64,000 bases of DNA from a virus: IMG/VR virus record IMGVR_UViG_3300050120_000210, positions 64,001 to 128,000 of that record; one strand, given 5' to 3'. The translations under genes were made by a program, and so were the position numbers. Within the stretch, counting starts at the first letter, position 1, and every line of letters starts with the position of its first letter. The notes beneath the pieces are model-generated. The model had not been told where the DNA came from. It was given only the letters and a program-made list of their open reading frames with translations, and did not search any database. Shown here one piece after another: positions 39,813 through 49,465 of the stretch.

Positions 39813-40217
39813 TTATGTGGGTGGTGGCCCGAAGCGATTGCGAATCTTCGTGCCGGGCATGACTACGAGCCACATGGCGATCAGCCATGCGGCAAGCCAA
39901 CTCAGTTCATGAGCCTCTGTCGTCGCCGACAGGAAAGGCAGCAGGCTGGGTAGGAAAATCCACAGCAGATGCTTCGCTGACTTGTTCATGTCGTGCAGGC
40001 GCTTCGCGATGACGGCAAGATTGGCCCAAGTCGCCACGAGGCAGATTACGAGGACGATGCCGGTCGGCACAATGCGTCCGGCGCCGTGAATGGGAAGGAC
40101 CGTCCAGATTCCCGCGAATAGGAACACGGTCGTGAAAATGGTGATCGAGAAAACGAAGAACGCAGCGCGACGCATACGTCCTTTGAAGCTGAACAAGCCC
40201 TTGACGAAATCATCCAC
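39813..40217 (-). CDS. DUF805 membrane protein
   Basis: LFSFKGRMRR, KRLHDMNKS, PGT..NRFGPPP. Confidence 0.85.
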   Translation of the reverse strand: MDDFVKGLFSFKGRMRRAAFFVFSITIFTTVFLFAGIWTVLPIHGAGRIVPTGIVLVICLVATWANLAVIAKRLHDMNKSAKHLLWIFLPSLLPFLSATTEAHELSWLAAWLIAMWLVVMPGTKIRNRFGPPPT

Positions 40218-40274
40218 GACGCGTTTCCCGACCGATGGCAAAGCGTATCCACAAATTGCTGTTTCGTCTATTGA

Positions 40275-40356
40275 AATACACCCCCGGCCCGACTGGGGGC
40301 TCGTGTGTGACATCAAGCCGAGGGTGCTGCGTCTCCCGATTTCTCGAAGCCGCAAG
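40275..40356 (-). ncRNA. Candidate ~80-nt structured RNA (sRNA or leader)
   Basis: 16-bp helix GCACCCTCGGCTTGAT/GTCGGGCCGGGGGTGT with G-U pairs only on the minus strand; GAAA hairpin; TTGACA-N17-CAACCT upstream. Confidence 0.4.
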
Positions 40357-40531
40357 AGGGAGGTTGATCCTCCTTTTTCCACCTGTCAACTGGTCAACGA
40401 AACTACGTAATTAACAGTGGTGTTTTGTCGCATATGGTGGGTGTAAATACACTTCCCCGTTGGACGCAACGAGGTATTGGCAAATATTTGACAAGCAAAA
40501 TCAACTACTTATTAGCAAAAGAGAAAGTAAA

Positions 40532-40963
40532 ATGAATATCAATCAACCTTACAAAATCACACAAATCGTTCTGAATGCAAGTGTCAATGAGAACATTCTT
40601 CCTTCTGAAGGAGAACAGTTCGATCTCTACACAAACTATCAAGAAAATACTACCATCAACGTCAAACTGCCGCCCGGTGACTTCGTTGGTGAAGAAAAAG
40701 TCATCCATTGGGTTGACCAATATGGCCATGGACTGGGCGATCTAGAAAATCCGGCACCAACTAATACTTCGATCTATATTCGATCCGAGGGTTGGATGGA
40801 TGACCAGAGAACTGGTATTGTCCATCGAACATTTACTGCCATTCGCGCAGGAGGTTACGCATTTTTCAAATGGGCTGGCGACCGCTGGCTGATTACCGCC
40901 TACTCGTCTAATGTCGATGAAAATACGGGGAATCCATATTTCTCGGGTGTATCCTCGGTTTAA
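40532..40963 (+). CDS. Hypothetical protein, AT-rich
   Basis: Start MNINQPY; GTAAATA upstream; terminator at 40968-41005. Confidence 0.65.
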   Translation: MNINQPYKITQIVLNASVNENILPSEGEQFDLYTNYQENTTINVKLPPGDFVGEEKVIHWVDQYGHGLGDLENPAPTNTSIYIRSEGWMDDQRTGIVHRTFTAIRAGGYAFFKWAGDRWLITAYSSNVDENTGNPYFSGVSSV

Positions 40964-41040
40964 GAATGGCGGCCCCTTCCTCACGGTTGGGGCCGTTTCC
41001 TTTTTGACTAAATATCGTCACCGACCTACATTGGTTTTAT

Positions 41041-41115
41041 GGACGCTTAGCTCAGCGGCAGAGCGCCTCGTTGACATCGAGGAAGTCAGTAGTTCGATCC
41101 TACTAGTGTCCACCA
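41041..41115 (+). tRNA. tRNA-Val(GAC)
   Basis: Full cloverleaf GGACGCT/AGTGTCC, loop TTGACAT, TTCGATC T-loop, encoded CCA; CTAAATA at 41008. Confidence 0.95.
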
Positions 41116-41124
41116 ACACCGAAG

Positions 41125-41451
41125 ATGGTCATGCGTCACAAACCGCTCCCGCCTCTTCCGCGCAATCCGTTCTGGCCGTTGAGCCCGATCAAATCGACAC
41201 CGATGACGATTCACATCCCGGTCGATTGTCTCCACAGCGTCAACCAACACGGCGCCGCCCTTAAGACAGAGGTGCGGCAATGGCTCGTCGAGAACACCAC
41301 CTCTTATGCCTGTCGTGTGATCGAGAACATCTGGGTCACCCCGGCCGAAAATGCCGCGTGGCGAAACCACCCACTCAATCGCCAGAACATGGCCTTCATC
41401 ACTTTCGAAAACGAAAATGATCTCCTGCATTTCAAAATGCGCTGGTCATAA
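41125..41451 (+). CDS. Small protein, DAxLFKMF family
   Basis: EVRQWLVEN; ends ITFENENDLLHFKMRWS. Confidence 0.75.
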   Translation: MVMRHKPLPPLPRNPFWPLSPIKSTPMTIHIPVDCLHSVNQHGAALKTEVRQWLVENTTSYACRVIENIWVTPAENAAWRNHPLNRQNMAFITFENENDLLHFKMRWS

Positions 41452-41520
41452 ATCGGCTGCAACGCCGTCACGAAACCGTCAACCCCAACAATCTTCTTAT
41501 CCACATATCTTTCATATTGC

Positions 41521-41990
41521 GTCCGGTGTGGGGCACGGTTAGAAAGAGATTGTTCCGGTCACGGACGGCTTCGGCCGACCAAGACCAGCACAGAAACCGA
41601 AAGGCCAATGTGTAGAGGGTAACCAAAGGAACTATCTAGTCACAGAACCATCGGTTCACCTCGTGAGTTACTGAGCAAACAGTGGTTAGCGCCACAAGGT
41701 TACTCAAAAAACAACGAATCAGATCGTTAGTTACTGAGCAGGTATTCGGAGGATCGAAGAGCAACGCCTCACCGCCGCGCCCGTAGGTTCACGATAGGTC
41801 AAGGGTCCGCCCTTATAGCGGAGACGAGAGGTAGCCGTCTTAAAAGGACTAACACTACCCGGAGACGAGATTACTCCGAAACCCGCAAGGGCCAACCCAA
41901 TCTCAGGTCTCGCTTCGGACCTGTGACATTCGCGTTCGCGACACGATGGCACTTTAAGGGCCGGAAGTTTTGACCAGCTTCCGGCCCTGA
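41521..41990 (+). ncRNA. Unclassified large ornate structured RNA (~470 nt)
   Basis: No credible ORF; cUUCGg, GAAA, GUAA and GCAA tetraloops on the plus strand; long-range helices 41639-45/41921-27 and 41745-51/41874-80. Confidence 0.7.
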
Positions 41991-42016
41991 GCATGTCTGG
42001 GATCATTCTGGACCGC

Positions 42017-42295
42017 TCATTCGCCTCTCCAAAACAGTTCGAACATCAGAGCATCGCGTTCCTCGTAGAAAAGGATCGTCTCGCGTGTTTTCTCCTGCCA
42101 TTGATTTTCTTGGCTGGGGGCCTCGATACGCTGGGAATAAAGTCCCCAGCCGCCCCTCGTATTCATATGCAGCCAATCCTTGATGTGCTGACGGACGCGC
42201 GACGAGCGCCAACTCGGCTCGCGGCGATTCACACCCGATTCGGGAATGTCGGCCTTGATGACGTGGGTTGAGCCGAAGGTAAAAGGTTCAAGCAT
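42017..42295 (-). CDS. Small protein, DAxLFKMF family
   Basis: IKDWLHMN; ends FYEERDALMFELFW. Confidence 0.75.
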   Translation of the reverse strand: MLEPFTFGSTHVIKADIPESGVNRREPSWRSSRVRQHIKDWLHMNTRGGWGLYSQRIEAPSQENQWQEKTRETILFYEERDALMFELFWRGE

Positions 42296-42542
42296 CGGTG
42301 GACCCCCAGAACATGAAAAACAGCACAGCGTCCCGTTCAAGCTCGAACAGCGCCACCGGCGAGGTTACCGATGGATGATAGAACAATGTGACGGTATACA
42401 ACGCCTGCATATTTGCTTTGAGCCAGTCCGCGACTGTCGGCGTGAATTTAAGGCCGCGTGTGCCTTCGTAGTAGGCCCCGCCGCCGACGACTAGGTCTAC
42501 CCGAAAACGATACGAGATACCATTGATGGGCTGCACGCTCAC
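42288..42542 (-). CDS. Small protein, DAxLFKMF family
   Basis: VADWLKAN; FELERDAVLFFMFW. Confidence 0.75.
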   Translation of the reverse strand: MSVQPINGISYRFRVDLVVGGGAYYEGTRGLKFTPTVADWLKANMQALYTVTLFYHPSVTSPVALFELERDAVLFFMFWGSTDA

Positions 42543-42853
42543 TCGAAACCCCAGAACATTTTGAAGAGGGCGGCATCAGATCGGGTGCGAAACAACACTC
42601 GGCAGAAATTAACGGTGAACGAACTCTGGCCGCTGGCGTCTCGGCGCCAGCCATTCCCGAATTGCACCAGCCACCCCAATTTCGAGCTTCCGAGCAACCA
42701 TGCGACCACTTCCGACTTGAGGGCCTTGTCGGCGAAATATGCCGGAGGCACATCGACGATGAACCAGTTCTTCAACAGAGGATCGGCCGGGAAGTGCACC
42801 GTTTCGCCGTCGTATCCGACCACGTCTTTCAGGATGTCTTCCGGCTCCCTCAT
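42539..42853 (-). CDS. Small protein, DAxLFKMF family
   Basis: EVVAWL; FRTRSDAALFKMFW. Confidence 0.75.
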   Translation of the reverse strand: MREPEDILKDVVGYDGETVHFPADPLLKNWFIVDVPPAYFADKALKSEVVAWLLGSSKLGWLVQFGNGWRRDASGQSSFTVNFCRVLFRTRSDAALFKMFWGFE

Positions 42854-43107
42854 GACCGGTCCAACGCCCAGACCAAGTTCCAGCGAATGCAGAACACCAG
42901 TCGGTCGGCCTCTGTGGCGAATTGAAGCTCACACGAATCGTCGGGCCAGTGCACGACAACTATGACGATGCTCGTTTCCGCGCACCATCGTGCAGCCTCG
43001 TCAGCCAATCGATATTCGCCGCATTCGGCGTACACGCTCGGATCGTAGATGCACGCTTTCGCCGACGTGAAGACTTGGCCATCGGTCAGATGGAGGGAAA
43101 TTGTCAT
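42850..43107 (-). CDS. Small protein, DAxLFKMF family
   Basis: EAARWCAE; FATEADRLVFCIRW. Confidence 0.75.
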   Translation of the reverse strand: MTISLHLTDGQVFTSAKACIYDPSVYAECGEYRLADEAARWCAETSIVIVVVHWPDDSCELQFATEADRLVFCIRWNLVWALDRS

Positions 43108-43421
43108 GTCAGGTAGAACATCTTGAAGAGCACGGCGTCTTCCTTGGACCATATCGTGATCCACGTCAGGCCATAGCCCGCAAGAATGGAGATGTCATCG
43201 CGCTGGATGGACCGCAGCCATCCTCGCACATCTGCATTCAAGGTCGTGCGGCGCTGACCTTGGGGCGCGATATATTCCTCCATGATCTCGCCTTCACCGA
43301 CTTTCGTTTCGTTGAACGTCTTGAGGAAGACATAGCGCCGCGATCTGTCGATGCGGTCGCGACCGGGCATCAACAGGTTAATGCGATAGAGCGGGTGCTT
43401 CATATCGTCGGCGATGGACAT
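43104..43421 (-). CDS. Small protein, DAxLFKMF family
   Basis: DVRGWL; WSKEDAVLFKMFY. Confidence 0.75.
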   Translation of the reverse strand: MSIADDMKHPLYRINLLMPGRDRIDRSRRYVFLKTFNETKVGEGEIMEEYIAPQGQRRTTLNADVRGWLRSIQRDDISILAGYGLTWITIWSKEDAVLFKMFYLT

Positions 43422-43491
43422 GATTTTCCTTTCCTCACCGCATGGTCGCATCAAACTTGTTTTCGTCAACCAAAAGCGCCTAAATACCGAA

Positions 43492-44109
43492 ATGCGCGAT
43501 CTCATCGACCTTGTCACGAACAGCCTCACAGACGTGATGCCGCTCGCCGAGAGCGTGGGAAGCCTCGAAACCCCCGCCGACATGGATCACCTCCACAGCG
43601 TGCTCTCTGCGCTCCGCAAGAGCCCTCTGGCGCCGTTCATTCGTATTTTCGGCTCAGCCGGTCAGGTTCCGGCGACCAAGGTCCCCGGCGACATCGACGC
43701 CTTCATCGACATGAGCGAAGTGGCGCTCGACAACGAAACTCGCAAGGAAGCTACTCGCGATTTGCTGGCCATTGCCGCAGCAAACTATGGCTCGTTCGAT
43801 CCATTCATCCTGACGAAAAAGCACGTCGGAACGGACCCCGATGGCAAGCCCGTCGTCCACCTGATGTTGTGGTCGCGAGACGACAACGCTCGGTCTTGGA
43901 TTCCCTCCAAGAATGCCGTGAAGCTTACCAAGGCTGGCCGGGCTGGCATCCCACTGTCGGAAGTCAATCTGGGCGAGCTTCACGAGAAAGCGAACAGCAA
44001 GCGCGGCCGGAAGTTCGTCAAAAAACACGAACAAGAATTCAAAGATCGGTACGGAGATGCGTGGAAACACGTCCTCTACGCCACCGCCAATAAAAGGTTC
44101 AAGGACTGA
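43492..44109 (+). CDS. Putative virion-internal Pol-beta-type nucleotidyltransferase
   Basis: MRDLIDLV; IFGSA...GDID; C-terminal FKDRYG...LYATA module; CTAAATA 5 nt before ATG. Confidence 0.65.
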   Translation: MRDLIDLVTNSLTDVMPLAESVGSLETPADMDHLHSVLSALRKSPLAPFIRIFGSAGQVPATKVPGDIDAFIDMSEVALDNETRKEATRDLLAIAAANYGSFDPFILTKKHVGTDPDGKPVVHLMLWSRDDNARSWIPSKNAVKLTKAGRAGIPLSEVNLGELHEKANSKRGRKFVKKHEQEFKDRYGDAWKHVLYATANKRFKD

Positions 44110-44615
44110 TGCTACCCGTAGCCGACGAAGCCATGAATGCGATCCGAGCAAAGCATGTTCGTGCTTTGGCGTTTGCGAACCGCCGGGCGCCGTCAATGAC
44201 GCGCGTGATCGTGCGGCCGAATCTCAATTTCTCCGTCACTGGCGAGGATGGCAAAAAATATTCGATCCAGACGATCCACGACAAGGGCAGCATCAACGGC
44301 GGGGTCATTGGGTTCGATCTCTCGGCCACCGTCTGCGGGGTTCACTTCATCGTCGATGAGCAAGCTCGAACGAAGATCGCCGGTGGTCGTCACAAGTTTC
44401 CAATGGCCGGTGTTGCCGGTTTCCTTGCTCAGATCGAACCCAGCCTTGAAGGCGTGGAGATTCGATTCAACCCCAAGACCGACAACCTGTTCACGCGTGT
44501 CGATGACGGGCGGCCGGTCAAGACTGCCGACTTGGTGACGGTGTTCCACAATCGCGTCTATGCTCGCGGGAAGATCACGTATTGGGAGGGCATCGCCTCG
44601 GATGCACCGGCTTAA
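44109..44615 (+). CDS. Hypothetical protein
   Basis: Coupled ORF; IRFNP...F motif. Confidence 0.7.
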   Translation: MLPVADEAMNAIRAKHVRALAFANRRAPSMTRVIVRPNLNFSVTGEDGKKYSIQTIHDKGSINGGVIGFDLSATVCGVHFIVDEQARTKIAGGRHKFPMAGVAGFLAQIEPSLEGVEIRFNPKTDNLFTRVDDGRPVKTADLVTVFHNRVYARGKITYWEGIASDAPA

Positions 44616-45379
44616 TGCGCGTCGGTGACATCTTCGAAGACGCCCACGCCGACTTCCATGCCAACCGTCTTGCGACCACCATTGCGAGCACGTTCGTCTC
44701 ATGGCTAGCTCAGCACAACGAGAGCACACCTCTGGGCGACTTGCTGCATCGCTATCGCTATCGAGACGATATCATCCTCTACGCAACTGGCCCCGAGATC
44801 GGCTTGCCCAATTGCCCGGACCTCTTCATTGGCTTCGCTTGGAATCCCAAGAAGGCAGCCAACGGTGAACCCTACGGCGCCACCAAGGGCTATCACTCTC
44901 CGGCAAAGAACACGACAACCGGCGAGATGGTCTACTTCGTCGTGGTCACCGAAGATCGCGATCCATCAAACGAAACCGACGTGGCATTCGGCGTGAGCAG
45001 CGAGTTTCTCGTCCACGAGCTTACGCATTATCTCGACCGCAAGCGCCAGTCGCCGACCGCGAAATATGCGGGACCGAATGCGTCGAGCGACCCAGCCGGT
45101 TACGTCAACAGTCCCTTCGAATTCAACGCGTTCTTCCAGCAGGGAATGCACAACATCCTGAAGGATTTGAACCGGCGTTCGACCAAAGACGAACTCGCCA
45201 CGTTTGAAAGTTTCCAGAAAAACAATCTCTGGCATTTCGACCATGGCTTCCGGGCGAACCTGTCGCCTGCCAACCAGCGCCGGTTCACCAAGCGTCTCTA
45301 TCGTCTGTGGATGCTCATCAAGGCCAACTATCCGAACATGCACCTCATCGCCAAACAGGCGGACGCAATCACGGATTGA
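44615..45379 (+). CDS. HExxH zincin-like protein, putative virion-internal
   Basis: MRVGDIFE; LVHELTHYLD; Y.NSP.E.NA. Confidence 0.75.
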   Translation: MRVGDIFEDAHADFHANRLATTIASTFVSWLAQHNESTPLGDLLHRYRYRDDIILYATGPEIGLPNCPDLFIGFAWNPKKAANGEPYGATKGYHSPAKNTTTGEMVYFVVVTEDRDPSNETDVAFGVSSEFLVHELTHYLDRKRQSPTAKYAGPNASSDPAGYVNSPFEFNAFFQQGMHNILKDLNRRSTKDELATFESFQKNNLWHFDHGFRANLSPANQRRFTKRLYRLWMLIKANYPNMHLIAKQADAITD

Positions 45380-45503
45380 AGAAACGATGGCGCTCCGTGA
45401 GCCAAAGATCGAGCGCGATCATCAGTCGATACACCGGCGGAAACTGGATCGCTGCGGCGATCATGTAAACCGTGAGAGAAGTGTATCCGATGATCGATAA
45501 CAT
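45369..45503 (-). CDS. 44-aa hydrophobic peptide (not in ORF track)
   Basis: MLSIIGYTSLTVYMIAAAIQFPPVY...; TGATG coupling, GAGG SD. Confidence 0.5.
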   Translation of the reverse strand: MLSIIGYTSLTVYMIAAAIQFPPVYRLMIALDLWLTERHRFFNP

Positions 45504-45937
45504 CACCTCTCGAATTCAGGATCAAACTTCGGAGGCTGCGACACCAACAGCCGAATGGCTTCCAATTTTGCAGCAGCCTGCTGCGCTTCCTCCTCGACCC
45601 ACCCCACCGTCTGTTTCAGGTCTTCGAGGACAGATGCCTCGACAGCCTCGCGACTGGTCCAGAAATACGGGGTGTAGGAGGGGTTGAAGGCGTTGATCTT
45701 GAACGACCGTGGCCCGATGTGCTCGAACTCGACCAGCCATTCTTCTTCGACGTGGTCACCGCGTTTCTGCATTCCGACCTGTTCAACCTTGGTCACGGTG
45801 TCACGAAAGATGGTCGGCTCATCGTAGTCGTATTTGACGTGATGCCAGAACACCGACCAGAGCACATCGCCGACCTTCAAAGGCCGGGGATCGAAGCTCG
45901 GGGTGTCACCATCGGTGACAGCGTAGTGGCCGCCCAT
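45503..45937 (-). CDS. Hypothetical protein
   Basis: Coupled ORF. Confidence 0.7.
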   Translation of the reverse strand: MGGHYAVTDGDTPSFDPRPLKVGDVLWSVFWHHVKYDYDEPTIFRDTVTKVEQVGMQKRGDHVEEEWLVEFEHIGPRSFKINAFNPSYTPYFWTSREAVEASVLEDLKQTVGWVEEEAQQAAAKLEAIRLLVSQPPKFDPEFER

Positions 45938-45940
45938 GGA

Positions 45941-46546
45941 TCAGCCTTTCGCGATCTGACTGGCCATCTTGCCGTCGTAGAGACCGGCGAAATTGGTTTT
46001 CAGATGGGCCATGATGACGCCCATGTTCGCGTCGGGGTTGGCCGCCTTGAAAGTCGAGACCGCCTCTCGCAATTCGTCCTCCGTCATCTGCTTGGGCAGA
46101 TAGCTGGTGAGGATTTCGATTTCACGGTCGGTGGCGCGCATCTTCGGCACGATGTTCGCCATGAACTCGCGTTGACCGTCTTCCAGCAGACGGGTCTTAC
46201 CGTCAGTGGACGGGTGACCCATTGCACGCTCGAACTCCTTTTCAAGAAGCTCGGCGTTCGACTTCGCACCCTTCAGGAACTTGGTGATGGTCGCGATGAC
46301 CTTCTCGTCCGTGATGGGAACGGTGACCGGGATCGGAGGCACCACGAAGCCGTCACCGGACGCCCGCCGCGCATCACGATCTTCGACACTCTCAGCTTTG
46401 AGAGCGACGGCTTCGGCCGCCTTGAACTCGTCTTCGGTCACCATGCTGGCTTCGCCGAGCAGAGTCGTCAGTAAGGTCGCAGCAACGGTGTCGCGCGATT
46501 TGCGAGCTTCGAGTTGGTCGGCCTTCAATTTGGCGATCAGGCTCAT
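45941..46546 (-). CDS. GatB/YqeY-domain protein
   Basis: LKADQLEARKSRD; EIEILTSYLPKQMTEDEL; NMGVIMAHLK..YDGK. Confidence 0.85.
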   Translation of the reverse strand: MSLIAKLKADQLEARKSRDTVAATLLTTLLGEASMVTEDEFKAAEAVALKAESVEDRDARRASGDGFVVPPIPVTVPITDEKVIATITKFLKGAKSNAELLEKEFERAMGHPSTDGKTRLLEDGQREFMANIVPKMRATDREIEILTSYLPKQMTEDELREAVSTFKAANPDANMGVIMAHLKTNFAGLYDGKMASQIAKG

Positions 46547-46555
46547 GGTAGTCTC

Positions 46556-46936
46556 CTACGCATCTTCATCCGATGCTTCGATATGTTTTAGTTCATCGTA
46601 AAGCATTTCGAGAAAGGAAATGACTTTGCACTCGTCGTTTGGGCTCCAAACATCCGGCGCGTCGATTTCCACACCCGTGCCTTTGCTCTTAGCACTCACC
46701 AGCCAAAAATACAGCCCCTCGTGTTCAAGATGCCAAATATCGAAACGAAACTCGCTGGTGAACGTCTGTTGACGTTTTCCGAAAATCTTTGCGAGTGTTT
46801 CGCGTTCCGCACCCATGACGGTCATCGTGCGGTCGAAACCAAGACGCTTATCTCCGTGGCCCGCGAACCAGTCCCGCACAGCGGGTAGATTGGACGAGTT
46901 AAGCGGATGAGCATCTTTGTATCGTGCACGAGTCAT
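46556..46936 (-). CDS. Hypothetical protein, probably leaderless
   Basis: TTGACC-N17-TAACGT ends 7 nt before ATG. Confidence 0.65.
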   Translation of the reverse strand: MTRARYKDAHPLNSSNLPAVRDWFAGHGDKRLGFDRTMTVMGAERETLAKIFGKRQQTFTSEFRFDIWHLEHEGLYFWLVSAKSKGTGVEIDAPDVWSPNDECKVISFLEMLYDELKHIEASDEDA

Positions 46937-46968
46937 AAACTCGACGTTAGGCAGCACCGACTTTGTGG

Positions 46969-47205
46969 TCAACCAATTTTGGTGCCGAGTATGATATCGT
47001 TTCCCAATTGCCAACGACGGTTGACCATGATTTCCAGAACAGCCGGAATCATGACAAGCAATTGGCCAGCCGATGATCCAGACAAATGCAGCCCTTGCAG
47101 GTTGGTGCAGTCGGTATAAAAGCGAGGGGCCGCGCCCGGCGGTGAATATGCAACTGGAACAGTCTTGATCGTTGACCGCGAGGGTCGCGACTGGACTAGT
47201 TGCAA
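46969..47205 (-). CDS. Possible HicB/DUF1902-like small protein
   Basis: FYTDCTNLQGLHLSGSSAGQLLVMIPAVLE resembles the HicB N-terminal pattern. Confidence 0.35.
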   Translation of the reverse strand: MQLVQSRPSRSTIKTVPVAYSPPGAAPRFYTDCTNLQGLHLSGSSAGQLLVMIPAVLEIMVNRRWQLGNDIILGTKIG

Positions 47206-47214
47206 TATCAGGCG

Positions 47215-48477
47215 TCACCGACCGAGAACCAATGCCGCCAAATCTTCTCGCTTGACGATATGTTGACCCTTCTCGCCAAGATTTCGAACTGCCGCCGTTC
47301 CGGCTTCTTGTTCTCGTCCGCCAACCGCGATGATGTAGGGCACAGCCATGAGACTATGCTCTTTCACCTTCTGAGAAACGTTCTCGTCCCGCACGTCCAA
47401 ACTGACACGGGCGCCAGAGGCTTCCAGATCGTCACAGACGGCCTTTGCGTATTCTGCGGCCTCCGGCTTGATCGACATCACAACGGCCTGCACAGGGCTC
47501 AGCCAAGCCGGTAGACGGCCATCGTAGTGTTCCAGCAGGATACCGATGAACCGTTCCATCGATCCGAGGATCGCACGGTGTAGCATGACGGGAGTATGGG
47601 CCTTGCCATCTTCGCCGGTGTAACGCGCGCCGAGCGCCTGTGGCAGCACGAAGTCGAGTTGCAGGGTGCCGCATTGCCATTCGCGACCCTTGTTGTCCTT
47701 GAGGGCGAATTCGAGCTTCGGGCCATAGAAGGCGCCCTCGCCCGGATAGACCTCATAGACCAGCCCAGCAGCGGTCACAGCCTGAGCCAAAGCGGCCTCG
47801 GCACGATCCCACACTTCGTCCTCGCCAGCACGGACTTCCGGCCGGGTGGAGAAACCGATCTTCACGTCTTCGAACCCAAAGTCCTTGTAGACGGCAAGCA
47901 GCAGTTCGCAGAAAGCCTTGGTCTCGGCCACGACCTGATCTTCAGCGCAGAAAATATGCGCGTCATCTTGAGTGAATTGACGAACGCGCATGATGCCATG
48001 CAGTGACCCGGAAGGTTCGTTGCGATGGCAGCAACCAAACTCGGCCATCCGCATCGGAAGCTGGCGATAGCTCACGGTATCGGCGTTGAAAATCTGAACG
48101 TGGGCCGGACAGTTCATCGGTTTGAGCACATGAGTCGCCTTGGCGGCTTCATGCAGATCGCCGGGCACGAAATGTCCGCCGGAGCCGATATCGTCGCGAT
48201 AGCTGTAGAAATCCCCGGTAGAGAAAATCTTGTCACCATAGTTCGCCCAGTGTCCCGATTTCTCGAACAGGGATCGGTCGAACAGTTGCGGGGTCTTCAC
48301 CTCGAAATAGCCACCCGCCTTCAGCTTGCTGCGGATATAGTTCTCGATGGTGTTGAACAGGGTGAAGCCATTGGCGTGCCAAAACACGCTGCCTGCGGCT
48401 TCTTCTTGGATGTGGAAAAGACCAAGCTCGCGGCCGAGCCGTCGATGGTCGTTGTCAGCAAGCGAATCGTCGCTCAT
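47215..48477 (-). CDS. thrS: Threonyl-tRNA synthetase, catalytic plus anticodon domains only
   Basis: Begins at DHRRLG; KPMNCP, RNEPSG.LHG.MRVR.FTQDDAH, GAFYGPK, QCGT.Q, HRAILGS.ERF. Confidence 0.96.
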   Translation of the reverse strand: MSDDSLADNDHRRLGRELGLFHIQEEAAGSVFWHANGFTLFNTIENYIRSKLKAGGYFEVKTPQLFDRSLFEKSGHWANYGDKIFSTGDFYSYRDDIGSGGHFVPGDLHEAAKATHVLKPMNCPAHVQIFNADTVSYRQLPMRMAEFGCCHRNEPSGSLHGIMRVRQFTQDDAHIFCAEDQVVAETKAFCELLLAVYKDFGFEDVKIGFSTRPEVRAGEDEVWDRAEAALAQAVTAAGLVYEVYPGEGAFYGPKLEFALKDNKGREWQCGTLQLDFVLPQALGARYTGEDGKAHTPVMLHRAILGSMERFIGILLEHYDGRLPAWLSPVQAVVMSIKPEAAEYAKAVCDDLEASGARVSLDVRDENVSQKVKEHSLMAVPYIIAVGGREQEAGTAAVRNLGEKGQHIVKREDLAALVLGR

Positions 48478-48488
48478 GGGAGTAACCT

Positions 48489-48869
48489 CTAATCCGAGAG
48501 GCCCCCGACCAATCGGAGATCACTCTCTGTAAGTGTGATATTTTGGAAATTGGGCTCGTGGGCCAGATCGCGGATTTCCGCGAGTCGGTAAAGGTCGCGT
48601 TTGGCGTTCAGAACCTCTCGTTCTTCCTGTCTGCACCAACCCCACGGGTATTGGCTGTTCAGATAGGCGATAGCTTCGTCACGCGTCCTAGTTCGACGCG
48701 TCCAAAATGTCTTCTTTGTTTCGATAGTCTTGGTGATGATCGCGTCGCTGGCGGCCTCATAGGCGGCCTCGGCCACGGCCAATTGTTCGGCGACGACTTC
48801 AGTCCGTTCGTTGGTCATGCGAACGAGTTCGTCGTTGGCGACCTTGGCGGTGATGACTTCGTCGGACAC
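48489..48869 (-). CDS. Hypothetical protein
   Basis: AGGAG SD, GTG start. Confidence 0.7.
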   Translation of the reverse strand: MSDEVITAKVANDELVRMTNERTEVVAEQLAVAEAAYEAASDAIITKTIETKKTFWTRRTRTRDEAIAYLNSQYPWGWCRQEEREVLNAKRDLYRLAEIRDLAHEPNFQNITLTESDLRLVGGLSD

Positions 48870-48955
48870 GGTGATGTTCTCCTGAAGCCGCCATCATAGA
48901 CAGCTTCAAATGGTTTTCCAAATTGATTTATCGCCAACCCGCTCGGTAGACGATG

Positions 48956-49465
48956 TCAGGAAGCATCGCGGATAACTCTCACGAACTTACTGCATACTCC
49001 GAAATAATCTGTCGTGTTGAACTCGGAAGGATCGTCAAACCATCCCTTCGCCCATTCTGGTTGATTGCGGATGCTGCTATAGTTCAGCTTTCCACCGGGG
49101 TAGGTCCAAACAAACCCACGACTCGTCAGGGTGTAATCGTCATTTTGGTGCCAGAAATAATTGGCGTTCGCCAGTCGGATTGACAACAAGGGATCGGAAA
49201 ACTCCACACCCAAATGGGACATGAGTGTCATACGAGATAGAGCGTCGAGGTTCTTGCAGTGAATCCAAAGACCTTCTTTCGAAAGGAAGTTGTCATCCAC
49301 TTCATACGTCGCTTCGTCGTGGCCCAGCCACCATTTGCCGTCGATCAAACGCACGTCGATCTCCGCATTGAACCCTTCGGCCAATGCTTGTTCGATCTGC
49401 TCGGGAAGATTTTCCCGAGCTTCATCGTAACCGTTGAAGAGACCTCGGTGCGCGATCAGGATCAC
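48956..49465 (-). CDS. Glycerophosphodiester phosphodiesterase-like protein
   Basis: IAHRG..EN..EIDV..LGHD..WIHCKN..YFWHQ.D. Confidence 0.8.
   Translation of the reverse strand: MILIAHRGLFNGYDEARENLPEQIEQALAEGFNAEIDVRLIDGKWWLGHDEATYEVDDNFLSKEGLWIHCKNLDALSRMTLMSHLGVEFSDPLLSIRLANANYFWHQNDDYTLTSRGFVWTYPGGKLNYSSIRNQPEWAKGWFDDPSEFNTTDYFGVCSKFVRVIRDAS

Noticed and set aside
41526-41990. Group I or group II intron
   Set aside because: No domain V or P7 motifs, and no interrupted gene flanks it.
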